Shown: piece after piece, positions 26,700 to 38,800 of the stretch
How the letters are laid out: the number at the start of each line of letters is the position of its first letter
Numbering within the stretch: position 1 is the stretch's first letter
Assembly: GCA_951406725.2 (NCBI GenBank)
Contig: OX597816.1
Location: 8,804,001-8,868,000, forward strand
DNA from: Octopus vulgaris
Taxonomy: Eukaryota
Direction: 5' to 3'
Length of the DNA stretch: 64,000 bases
Program-made: the position numbers and the translations under genes
Notes under the pieces: model-generated
The model's input: only the letters and a program-made list of their open reading frames with translations
Databases searched by the model: none
Told to the model about the DNA's origin: nothing

Positions 26700-27320
26700 T
26701 GTTCGTTCCAAGTTGATATCACATTCTAATATACATTATTTACATTGGACGGATATGTGTCCTCATCTTGTTACCACGTTTCGGCTGATTTACTCTGCAT
26801 CCTTCATCAGGTGTCCTGGTAGAATTTTGAACCCTACCCTGGGTTCTCATTCCTAAGGTATTTTTTGCCGATGTTATTATTATTATTATTTATTCAAGGC
26901 ACTGCCTGGAATTGAACTCGCAATCTTGGAGTTAGTAGCTCACACTCTTAACCATTATGCTATATTCCTGTGGGCAATTATAGAGTAAATTTTAGGGCTT
27001 ATAAACCCAATATTTTTGTATCCTTCCTTAAAACCGGTTCCCATGTTCTACTCATATCTGCACTTGGTCTGCTTAAGAGGTTATTGTGTCCTAACATATG
27101 TGCTGCCTCTTTTAGTTTTCGTATTTTCCAGTGGTGTTCTCTGTCTATTATTTTAACTTCATCCCACAGGGGAAGGTGGTCTCCGCTTTTCCACACATGA
27201 TCAGCTAGACCCAATTTTTCAACGTTGTGGTAACAACAAACAAGATGACGACGCACATCCATCCAATGTAAATAATATAAATAATGTACAGAATTCCTCA
27301 TCTCTAAAACATAGAACAAC
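26700..27320 (-). mobile_element. 5'-truncated Penelope-like retroelement: GIY-YIG endonuclease C-terminus + tRNA-like module + HHR + inverted pLTR copy
   Basis: ORF LADHVWKSGDHLPLWDEVKIIDREHHWKIRKLKEAAHM...SRTWEPVL matches the PLE endonuclease tail. HHR at 26772-26815. 27221-27290 is an inverted copy of 26730-26780. Confidence 0.8.
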
Positions 27321-27717
27321 ATTTTAACATATTCAGTTGTATCATATTCTAATATATTAAGTTATATCATATTGTTATATATTAAGTTTTATCATATTCT
27401 ATTATATGAAATTGTATTATATTCTTATTAAGTTGACATAATTTCACATTTCATTATTAAATTTTTCTTGTTTTGTTTGGTTTTTACTGCAATAAATTTG
27501 TTTATTTCTCTCACCTCTTTTTTTTCACTCTTTTTTTTATGTTTCATACCCCCACCCTCAAGATGCTGTTCACCACAGTATCTAGTTTGTTGGAGAGTGG
27601 AGGTGTGTGTGGTTCAATGGTTAGAGTAGTCAGTTCACAATCAGAAGTTCCTGAGTTCGATTCCCAGTGGTGCAGTGTATCGTTGAAAGACCACATCACT
27701 CAATATGAGTGTTCCCT

Positions 27718-28827
27718 TTTTTAAGATAGTGGTGGTGGTTTGCTACTTCTAACAGGACCAAGGAGCCATGTAGGGGCTTTTTCACAAGTTTGTCATATTT
27801 CACTCTACTTTTGAAAAGGGGGTCCACATTTCACAATTTCATCTGAACTTGTCACTGGTTCAATACCTGTGACATCAAGCATATATCACCTGTGAATATA
27901 GTTATTAGGTAAGATTGGTCTCTTGAAACAGCTGTCGAAATAAGACATTACATAATGATTTTTCGTTATATATAGTTTTTATTTCACATTGTTCCAGTTC
28001 ACTCATCATCATCATTTAACATCCGCTTTCCATGCTAGCATGTGTTGGACAATTTTGACCGAGGTCTGGCAAACCAGACTCCAATCTCATCTGGCAGAGT
28101 TTCTACAGCTGGATGCCCTTCCTAATGCCAACCACTCTGAGAGTGTAGTGGGTGCTTTTACATGCCAGTGGCACGAGGGCCAGTTTGGTGGTACTGGCAA
28201 CAGCCACGCCCAAATGGTGCTTTTTATGTACCACCTGCACAGGAGCCAGTCCAGCGGCACTGGCAACGACCTCGCTCGAATATTTCACATGCCACCAGCA
28301 CAAATGCTAGTAAGGCGATGCGGTAATGATCAGGCTTGGATGGTGTGTTTAACATGCCATCGGCACAAAGGCCAGCTTGTTGCTCTGGCAACGATCTCAC
28401 TCAGGGTCTCGGAGGAGATAGTGTTAGTTGAAGGCTACCAAACCTGCCATACACAGACAACTTCAGCTTTATATATAGAGAGATTATAGAGGTAGTAAGG
28501 TAGATAAACAGAGGCTTGAGACATTATTTACATGGAGCACAAAATACAAATTATATAATAGAAACTATATATAATGAAAAAACAAAATGTAATGTCTTGT
28601 CTTGACAGCTGTTTCAGGAGACTAATCTCACATAATAACTATATTCACAGGTGACATGTGCATAATGTCACAGGTATTGAACCAGTGACAAGTTCAGATG
28701 AAATTGTTAAGTAAATTTGGCCTCCCTTTTCAAGAGTAGAGTGAGATATGACAAACTGAAGAAAAAGCCTCTATATGGCTCCTTGGTCCTGTTCAAAGTA
28801 GCAAACCACCACCACTATCTTAAAAAA
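27718..28827. repeat. Long inverted repeat (~265-bp arms) with a family C SINE in the spacer
   Basis: 27718-27985 vs 28555-28827 reverse complement; GAAACAGCTGTC in each arm. Confidence 0.85.
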
Positions 28828-31800
28828 CCCTGTCACAAACCCTTGCCTGTTGACTCATGGGGAGAGTTTATGAAAAAAACAAAAGACGAAGACAGGTGGT
28901 GCACAAAACAAAACAGATGTATTAGTATTAATGCTCAGGAATAGAAAAAAATCTTTTACGTTTCGAGCCTATGCTCTTCTACAGAAAGGGACACAGAAAA
29001 AAAACAAGGACAGGGCCAGACATGGTTTACACAGAATATCAGAAACGAACGACACTGCTTGTATGACAGTGACACTCGTTTACAATCACCGTGTAATGTC
29101 AAGACAAGGAAACACAGATACACACACATCATCATCATCGTCAAACATCCATTTTCCATGCTGGCATGAGTTGGACGGTTTTCAAGCACCAACCACTTTA
29201 CAGAGTGTAATGAGTGCCTTCTACGTGGCACTGGCATGGGTGCTTTTTATGTGGCACCGGTACAGGTGCATTTTATGTGGAACCTGCATGGGGAGCTTTT
29301 AAAGAAATTAACAACAAATATTCATTGTAAAAATATTTTTTATTCAATCAATATTCTAAATCAAAAGTTTTGTTTGTAAAAAATAAATTAAAACAAAAAA
29401 AAAAAGAATGAAAATAAAAACAACTTCAAAATTAGAATCAGATAAATATGGAAGGAAATCCAGAGAAGAAAAGCAGAGAGGAATCAAGCTGCAAAAAAGT
29501 GTTTGTATTTCGTGGAAACAATATTGTGTGAGCATCAATGCTATGCATTTATTATGTTGTATTTGTGATTAAAGATATTTGACTGATCATTTAATCAATG
29601 AAGTATTTCACAAACTGATTTAGGTGACAAAAAAAAAAAGTCTTCATTTTGGTAAAATAATGACAATTCTGAAAAATCTTAAAGAATTTTGTTTATCAAA
29701 AAAAAAAAAAAAAGAATATTTAAAAAGAATATAAGACTTGTCCAAGGATGTTTTGTTGGTGTCTTAAAAAAACAAACTCGTCTCGAATGTTACTTATTAA
29801 TCATCAGAAGGAAGTGTCTCCTGCCAAATTCCTTTGTCTTTTATATTCTCTTCTACATTTTGTACAAAAAAACTAGCATTTGTGGCAACAGAATTTTGCA
29901 GTTGAATGAGAGCCTGCTGTAATGCATCCAAGTTCATTACTATTATTATTAATTAATTAATTAATTAAGGTAGTGAGCTGGTAGAATCATTAGTGCACCT
30001 GAGAAAATGCTTAGTGGCATTTCTTCTGATCCTTTTTATGTTCTGAGTTCAAATCCTAACGAGACCAATTTTGCCTTCCGTCCTTTCAAGGAGGGTGTAA
30101 TTGACTAGCTCCCTCCCATCAAAATTGGTGCAAAAAGGAGGAAGAATTATTATTATTATTATTATTGACTGAAGCAGTGAGCTGACAGAATTGTTAGAAC
30201 ATTGGCAAAAAAAAAGCATTCTGAGTTCATATCTCATGATGGTCAACTTTGCTTTTCAACTATCTGGGGTTGATAAAATGAAGTACCAGTAGTATACTGA
30301 GGTTGATAGTATCTTCATAAAACTGCTAGCCTTGTATCTAAATTAGAAACAGTAAATCTAACAAAATAAAAAAAAAAGATTTGGAATTTTTATGTCTATT
30401 GATGTTAAACACAAACTTGACTATTTAAAATCCTCTTCTTGAACCAGTCATAACTGTTACCAATGGTTACGAATGTGATGATGTCACACAGGTTTTTAGA
30501 TAATTGCTAAAGGGGAATTCTAATTGCACTTCTGATATTTTTATTCACTTAGTCAAAAGGAAGATCATGACCCTTTATAGAGCCCCTGAGACTGGTAGGA
30601 AAGAAGAATTTAAGAAGTTACACTCAAACTAGGAACCTAACCTAAATGCTTACAATAAAGTAAATTCTGCTAAGGGTACCCAACATGTTGGTGGTAGGAT
30701 TAAAGAACAAGAGATTAAGCCTACCATCTAAGTACACATTAGCAGGATTTGAACTCAGAATGCAAAACACTGGAACAAAGTATTTAGTCTAACCCTCTAA
30801 TGATTCTACCACCCAACCACCCAGAATGGTACTTTATCGACCCTGAAAGAAAAAATAACAAAGCTGACTTTGATGGGATTTGAACACAAAATATTAAAAG
30901 CTGGAATAAAAACTGCAAAGCATATTGTCCAATGCTCTATCAACTGACAAAAATATTTTGTCAGATGCTCTACTGACTAACTGAACAATTTTGCCACCTC
31001 AAAATTTTGTTACTAAACTATCATGTCATGTTTACTAACTTTTGATAATTTTAATATTTATATTTTTCTTAAATTCCACACAAAACATACACAAAATATT
31101 GTATGTTTACTTGGGGGTCCTCCTCTTCTCTTATTAACACAAAGAAGAGGGAATATGCCAACAGTCTTTAGGGACAGTTGATGTATAAGCTTGAATTTAC
31201 ATCAGTCAAATATCTAGAAATACCAAAGGAGTATTTTTTTAGAGGGTCACAAGTTCTGGGAAGAAGATATTGGGAAATATTTTCAAAAAAAAAAGGGGAG
31301 TCTATGTAAATACAGATGACATAGGAGGTATACATAGTTTGAAGGTTCAAAGGAGAACAGAAATTGTTTATAATAGCAGTAAAAGAGACAGGGTTTGTGT
31401 GCACATCACGGATTTGGTGGTGGCAACATGGCAATAAGTCAGATGACATTTTGGAGGAGGTGAGTAAAGTTAGATATGCTCTGTGTATATATTCAAAGAG
31501 AATTCTTTGTGGTATACACAGAGGGTTTATAAAGAAATTGTTGAAAGCTGAAGAGAATAACCCCCCAACTTTTGTTAGATGCAGTCTTGGCAATATAGAC
31601 GTGTGGTAAACCTTGAAAGGTAATCAGAGAATGTGAAGTCTAGCATTTGTAGAGAATGAAAATATGTTGGTTGGGACTTGTTTACGAACAGGGAGGATGA
31701 TTTAGTCATGTGGAAACATCTTGAGATGAGTACTAATTGTGACGGAGGGATTCTGAATGAAAATAAAGCCCTTCAAAGCCCTAGAAAAAAAAAAGGGACG

Positions 31801-32770
31801 GTCCCCCCTCCAACCCCCACTAAAATTATAGAACTTTTTCCATTCATTTGCTCGGTTTAACATTTTGATCTTCACTGTCGTTATATGTTTTGCTGGAGAC
31901 AGTCGGAATGCATTGTCGTAATCAAGATGTTAAAAAGAAACAAATAGAATGAAAACTCAAACAAATCATTTAAGTGCCAATTAATTACACTGTGTGTCAG
32001 AAATAATTATTTCATCTTGTTAACATTATTAACGCTATTTTTCCAATCACTTGAAAAAAAAAAAAAAACCATCAAAAAACAATTAAAAACTGAAACTTGA
32101 TAACCCCCCCCCCACAATACCACTCACCAAAATGTGATTGCCATATTTTCGTGAGAGGCACATTAAAATAAAAGCTGTTTTAATAAAACAACAATCTACA
32201 AATCATGTTATATTTAATGGAGCTATTTACAAAAAATGTTTTCTTTATTAAAAAAATAAATTCAAAAACAATCACTGTACTGAAAAAGAGAACAAAAAAC
32301 ACTGAATTCGATTGAAAAAAAATGTAAATTATTTTAGAGAAAAGAGAGAATCCTGCAAACATCGGAGAAGCTTAACAAATCAAACAGAATCAAGCAGGGT
32401 TTTTTTTTTTTTTATTAGTAAATTGTTGTTATTTAAATTATTTTTATTTTTGTGTTTTATGGGAGAAACACTCCTGCAAATTAAATAGAAGTAATGGTGG
32501 TGGTAGTAGTAGTAGTAGTGATGATGTTATTTTGAATTTTCAGAGTTAAAAATTTAGGAACAAATGGAGGGGGTGGGGGGATTATCAAATCTGTCTGCAA
32601 TTTTTTTTTATAATTTAAATAATCACTCAGTAACTAATGAACAATTCTTCCCTTCATGTTATCATTATTATTATTATTGTTATTACTGTTATTATTGGCT
32701 TTGTACAGTGAATTCATTCTCAACACAAGAATGGCGGTGTTTGTTTTCTTGTAAAGAACAAGTCTATCCC

Positions 32771-32871
32771 TCACATTTTCTGATATCTTTCTCTGGTTTC
32801 ACTATCACTTCGGTCTGAAGAACTCCTTTTGTCTTCAATTTCAAACTGATGTACGTTTCTTTTTGGTGGAC
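32771..32871 (-). CDS. NPC1: NPC1 terminal coding exon [33 protein letters not shown]
   Basis: tttttacag| acceptor in phase; TGA at 32773-32771; AT-rich 3'UTR follows. Confidence 0.85.
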
Positions 32872-35800
32872 CTGTAAAAAAAAGGAACAGACATAATAAA
32901 TAAATGAAAAGGGTGGAGGAGAGAACTAGAGAAAAAAAGAGAGAGAGAGAGAGAAGTCCAAATGATAGCTAGTTGACACCATCATCATCACCGTTTAACG
33001 TGCGTTTTCCATGCTGGCATGGAGTGGACGGTTCGACTGGGGTCTGGGGAGCCCGGCGGCTGCACCAGGCTCCAGTCTGATCTGGTAGTGTTTCTACAGC
33101 TGGATGCTCTTCCTAACGCCAACCACTCCGTGAGTGTAGTGGGTGCTATGTTTTCCATGCTGGCATGGGTCAGGCAGTTGGAACAGGAGCTGGGAAGCCA
33201 GAGAGCTGTACCAGGAGCCAATTGTCTATTCTGGCAGGATTTCTACAGCTGGATGCTCTTCCCAATGCCAACCCCTTTATAGAGTGAACTCAGTGCTTTT
33301 TATGTGGCACCAGTATGGGATTTTCAATCCTTTTAATGCAAATATCAGATACATCTACTCAAAATTTTCTTCATCATCATTGTTCAGCCATAGTCAAGAC
33401 AATGGAATTTACAATGTTACGCCAGACCTCACAGTCCATCATAGCATTACGGAGGTCCTGTTGCTGGATGCCTGTATCCCTGGAGATTACATCAGGGTAG
33501 GAGAGTGTGCGCCCTCTGATGTCACAAGCAGATGACTTCCAGAGGAGAAGAGTAGAAATTACCTCGTTTTCAGCTCTACAAACCACTTTACAGAGTGAAC
33601 TGGGTGCTTTTTATGTGGCACCAGTACTTTATACGTGGCATCAGTATGGGATTTCAATCCTTTTAATGCAAGTATCAGATACATCTACTCAAAATTTTAT
33701 TACTGTTAACTGTGAAAAGCAGCTTTATACACCCAAAATATTTTTTGTTGAGATGTGACCTGTTTATTACGGAGAAACATGTCTTGCGGGAAACCCTCCA
33801 TGTTTTGGTGGATAATGACATCTCCATCAGTTATGGGGTGGTTGCCATGTAAAAAGCACCCAGTATATTGGTGCAGGGGTGGCTGTGTGGTAAGAAGCTT
33901 TCTTACCAGCCACATGGTTCCGGGTTCAGTCCCACTTTGTGGCACCTTGGGCAAGTGTCTTCTACTATAGCCTCGGGCCAACCAAAGCCTTGTGAGTAGA
34001 TTTGGTAGACAGAAACTGAAAAGAAGCCCATCGTATATATGTATATATGTATCTGTGTATATGTTTGTGTGTCTGTGTTTGTCTCCTCCAACATCGCTTG
34101 ACAACCGATGCTGGTGTGTTTACATACCCGTAACTTAGTGGTTCGGCAAAAGAGACTGATAGAATAAGTACTAGGCTTACAAAGAATAAGTCCTGGGGTC
34201 GATTTATTCGACTAAAGGCGGTGCTCCAGCATGGCCACAGTCAAATGACTGAAACAAGTTATAGAGTATACTCTGTAAAGTGGTTGGTATTAGGAAGGAT
34301 ATCCAGCCATAGGAACCATACCAAAACAGATGCAGGTGCTTGCTGTAGTTCTCTGGCTTCCCAGCCCCTGCTGCACTGTGCAACCCATGCCAGCATGAGA
34401 AAAGGACATTAAATGGTGATGAATCAACATTGTTGTTGGAATTACCATGAAATTAAATTACAAAGTGAAAAAAAAAAAAATGTTAAAGAAACTGTGATAA
34501 TCAGGTCTTTCTAAAAGTATGAGCAAACTAGAATGTTTCCCATCTTTGAAGTATTCTTTTGCCACCCTGGGTAATACAAGGGTGGTAAGAAACTCTCAAG
34601 AAAGCTGAACAGCAGAAGGTCTTTAGAGAAGAAGCCCTGTTCAGGCAAGTATTTCGGTCCTTCACTTCTTGCACTTGAAAGAGGCCAGAGAACATCCAGG
34701 ATGTGACCCTTGGATACCCTTCCACTGACCCTTTTTAGCTACTTGGATATCAGTGACTTGTGCAATTTAAACCACTTGGCGATTTCATATAGATGGAACT
34801 CCTCTCTGCTGACTAAGCTTTGAAGTTTATACTTAAAGAAGAAATAACATTGGTTGTCATGGTAACAGTGAAATAGGTCAGCAAAAGCTTCCCGAGTGAA
34901 ATCAGGAAGGTGGAAACAGAATGGAATCCCATTAAAATGGAAATAATATAATAATAATGAAATTATTGTATACAGTGCTCAGGTGCACCACAACTTATCA
35001 GAAAGTGCTTATAAAGCATATGCAGTAATGTACAAATGTCTGGGAAGTGAACAGTGTAAGAGTCAGATACATGCTTGCGTGTGTATGGAGGGGAGAAAAT
35101 CAGGTGTAGTGTTGGCGAATCTCAGGAAGCATGGAAGTTTTGAAGGATGCAGTGATCCGACAACTAACAACTGATGCCGGCAGTTTGTTCCATGCTTCAG
35201 CAACTCTTAGCGTGGTTTCTGAAAGTCATGGGAGCTGTGCTGTTTTCTGACTTTGTAAACATGTCCACGGGTGTTAGACAGGTGGAGTTTGAAAAGGTGC
35301 TCAGAGTTATTGTTTGTAAGATGGTTAATAATTTTATGGGTGTCTGCCAAGTCAGCTGCCAGACATCAGAATCCATATATTACATGTGCATTAGATACAA
35401 TGCACATGTAATTCAGAGGTCCAGCCTTGACACAGAACTGTATTGTACTGATTCTGTCTGTTGACCGAATTTAAGATACAAGTGTCTGTAGGATACGTAG
35501 TTACTTGTGGTGTGTGTCACACAATGTGTTGGTTGCATCACTGAACCATCAACTGGAATATTGCAGAAAGCCTCACAGAATCCATTTACAGTCTAATAAT
35601 AACAATAAAGAGTGTGGAAGAAGAAGAAACAAGAGAACCACGAACTACTTACCAATATAACTGAGCAAAACCGGTAAAAATATTAGACCATGGGTTGCTC
35701 CAAAAATTACAATGCCAAAATACATTCGGAAATAAAAGACTCTAAAAATCTGGGACTTTGAAAAGGCTAGGACAATAATTCCAAAAAGTTTGGTCAGCGT

Positions 35801-38800
35801 TATTCCACTCATTACCTGAAAAAGAAAACAAAAGTTATGTTAGTTAGTTAGTTAGTTAGTTAATTTGGCTCAAAAGCAAATAGCAAGGCCATGTAGGGGG
35901 ACATGGAGTTAAGTACAGGGTGGTGTTCATGTAAAGAGTTCAGGCCACTTGAGGTCAAGGGAGGCTTTGAACAAAGCGGTCGTCGGCATCTTCACCATCT
36001 CGTCTGGCAGCTTGTTCCACGGATCCGCAACCTGGACGGAGAAAGCTCCTCTCCTTCGATTGAGATGAAATCGTCGCAGATAGAGCTTTTCGGAATGACC
36101 CCGCAGCCGACGCTCTAGAGCAGGAGTGAAGAACAGCTCTTTCGAGAGGTTACACTTTCCGCTTATGATGTTGTGGGCGAGAATGAGCTCACCACGGCGG
36201 CGGCGTTTTTCAAGAGAATAAAGGTCGAGCGTCCTCAGCCTTTCTTCGTAGGACAAATTTTTGAGACCACGAACCATGTGGGTAGCCAGCTTCTGGACTC
36301 TTTCAAGATGCTGTATGTCTTTGAGGAGAATAGGAGAAGAGGCTTGAATCCCATGTATAATATTGTTTTATTTGTATGTATGTCATTATTCAATTTATTT
36401 CAAGATTTCTTGCCAATAGAGAAAGAACCGGTTTCTAACCTATATCCAAGGCTCCTTCATTAGAATTTCAACATCAACAAAAGGGTATTTTTGTTTATAT
36501 GTATGTTATGTGCAGATTTGTATGTTTTGTTTTATGTATGTATTCTCATGCATATACTTGCATATCTAGACAGGCTCACATATATTTAACCCTTTCGTTA
36601 CCAACCCGGCTGAAACCGGCTCTGGCTGTGAGTACAAATGTCTTGTTTTCATAAGTTTGGAATTAAAATCTTTCACCAAACCTTAGTCACAGTTTATGTT
36701 TCTAACACTAGCTTAATGGTAATAAAGATATCTTACTAAATTCTTTGTTATATTTAAAGTAATTGAAAGAAACACAGAGCATCTCAAAATAAATACAGTA
36801 ACAAAAGGGTTAAACTAGCAGTATCGCCTGGCGTTGCTCGGGTTTGTAAAGGAAATAACTATATAAGCATTTTTAGAGAGTTATAGCCAAAAAATAGCCA
36901 AAAAATGCATTAAAAATGGAAAACAAATGATGGTAAATTTTTTTTAAATCGTTGACTCATCGTAGACATTTTTAGAGAGTTACTTCCCTTATATAATAGC
37001 GAAAAAAATGCATTAAAATGGAAAAAAATGATGGTAAATTAAGTAAAAAAATGTAAAAATAATTCAAAATCCTTATCCGGTACCTGATTGATCCTAAAAT
37101 CTAATCAGTTCGTGCCAGTCACGAGGCCAAACATCTCTGAAAGTTTCATCCGAATCCATCCAGCGGTTCTTGAGATATCTTGTACACAGACAAACAAACA
37201 CGACTAAAAACAATGCCTCTGCCTTCGCTAAGGTGGAAGTAGTAACAGAATGAAAGTGTAACACTTACTGAACTTCCTGTATGAGCCACAGCATATTGGG
37301 CCCTTGCGACTTTGTCTCCCTCCTTAGCTACAGCAAAGCCTCGAGCAATATGAGAACAGAATTCAACTGATATTCCAATAGCCTGCAAAAATAAATTTTA
37401 AAGTAAGAAAATGAAGTTACAATGGTTTGTAAAGATGATGATGATGATGATGATGATGCTGTTTAGTTTTCGGTTTGTTGGTAGTGAATGAACAATGGGA
37501 AGGGGATATGAAATGTGAAGTTTGTATAATTTATCGATAAATTATACAAGCTTCACATTTTATATCTCTGAAGAACAAAAGTATTGTCTACAAATGTTTA
37601 TCAATATAGGATTCCATTATAGAGACAATACTTTTGCGAAACGATCGTAAAACTTAATTTTAAACTAGTAAATTTTAAGCTGTCATATTTATTATTATAT
37701 ATATATATTTTAATATAATAATCATTCTACACATGTATATATCTTTCTGAAGAATTTTTCTGATATCAATTTCCTAATATTATTTCACAATGTATTATAT
37801 ATATCACCGTTGCCAGTACCGCCTGACTGGCCCTCATGCCGGTGGTACATAAAAGCACCCACTACACTCTTGGAGTGGTTGGCATTAGGAAGGGCATCCA
37901 ACTGTAGAAACTCTGCCAGATCAAGATTGGAACCTGGTGCAGCCATCTGGTTTGCCAGTCCTCAGTAAAATCATCCAATCCGTGCTAGCATGGAAAGCGG
38001 ATGTTAAACAATGATGATGATGATGATGATAATCGCTCATATTCATCATCATCATCGTTTAACGTCCGTTTTCCGCGCTAGCACAGGTTGGACGGCTCGA
38101 CCGGGGTCTGGGAAGCCAGGGGCTGCACCGGGCTCCAGTCTGATCTGGCAGTGTTTCTACAGCTGGATGCTCTTCCTAACGCCAACCACTCCGTGAGTGT
38201 AGTGGGTGCTATGTTTTTCATGCTGGCATGGGTCAGGCAGTTGGAACAGGAGCTGGGAAGCCAAAGAGCTGTACCAGGAGCCAATTGTCTATTCTGGCAG
38301 GATTTCTACAGCTGGATGCTCTTCCCAATGCCAACCCCTTTATAGAGTGAACTCAGTGTAGTGGGTACTTTTTACGTTCCACCTGCACAGGTGCCAGGGG
38401 GTTCTGGCATCGGCCACAATCGGTTGGTGCTTTTAACGTGCCACCGGCACGGAAGCCAACCAAGGCGTAAATGTATAAATACTTTAATAGTATTAATACT
38501 GTGATACAAAAGAGCCCTCACTGTAAATTCAGTATAGAATATTCTTATAGGATATATTTAACTGAAGATTTATAGAATGAGAAAGGGATAACAATCTGTT
38601 GGATGAGAGTGATTTGCTGAAGGTAACATTCTGTTATGAAGTACAAGCCTTTTGTTGAGAGACACAAAAGAATACCAGAAACAGAGAGAAGCTTCTGACC
38701 TTTGAACTGATTACTTTAATTAGCTGGCAACAGCTAATTAAATTTACATCTGCTTCTGGCAACTTGTTCTTTATAACAGGCTTAATGTTGGGAACTTCAC

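Noticed and set aside
38555-38650. CTGAAGA/CTGAAGG motifs as further hammerheads
   Set aside because: No convincing GAAA, stem III and stem I could be assembled.
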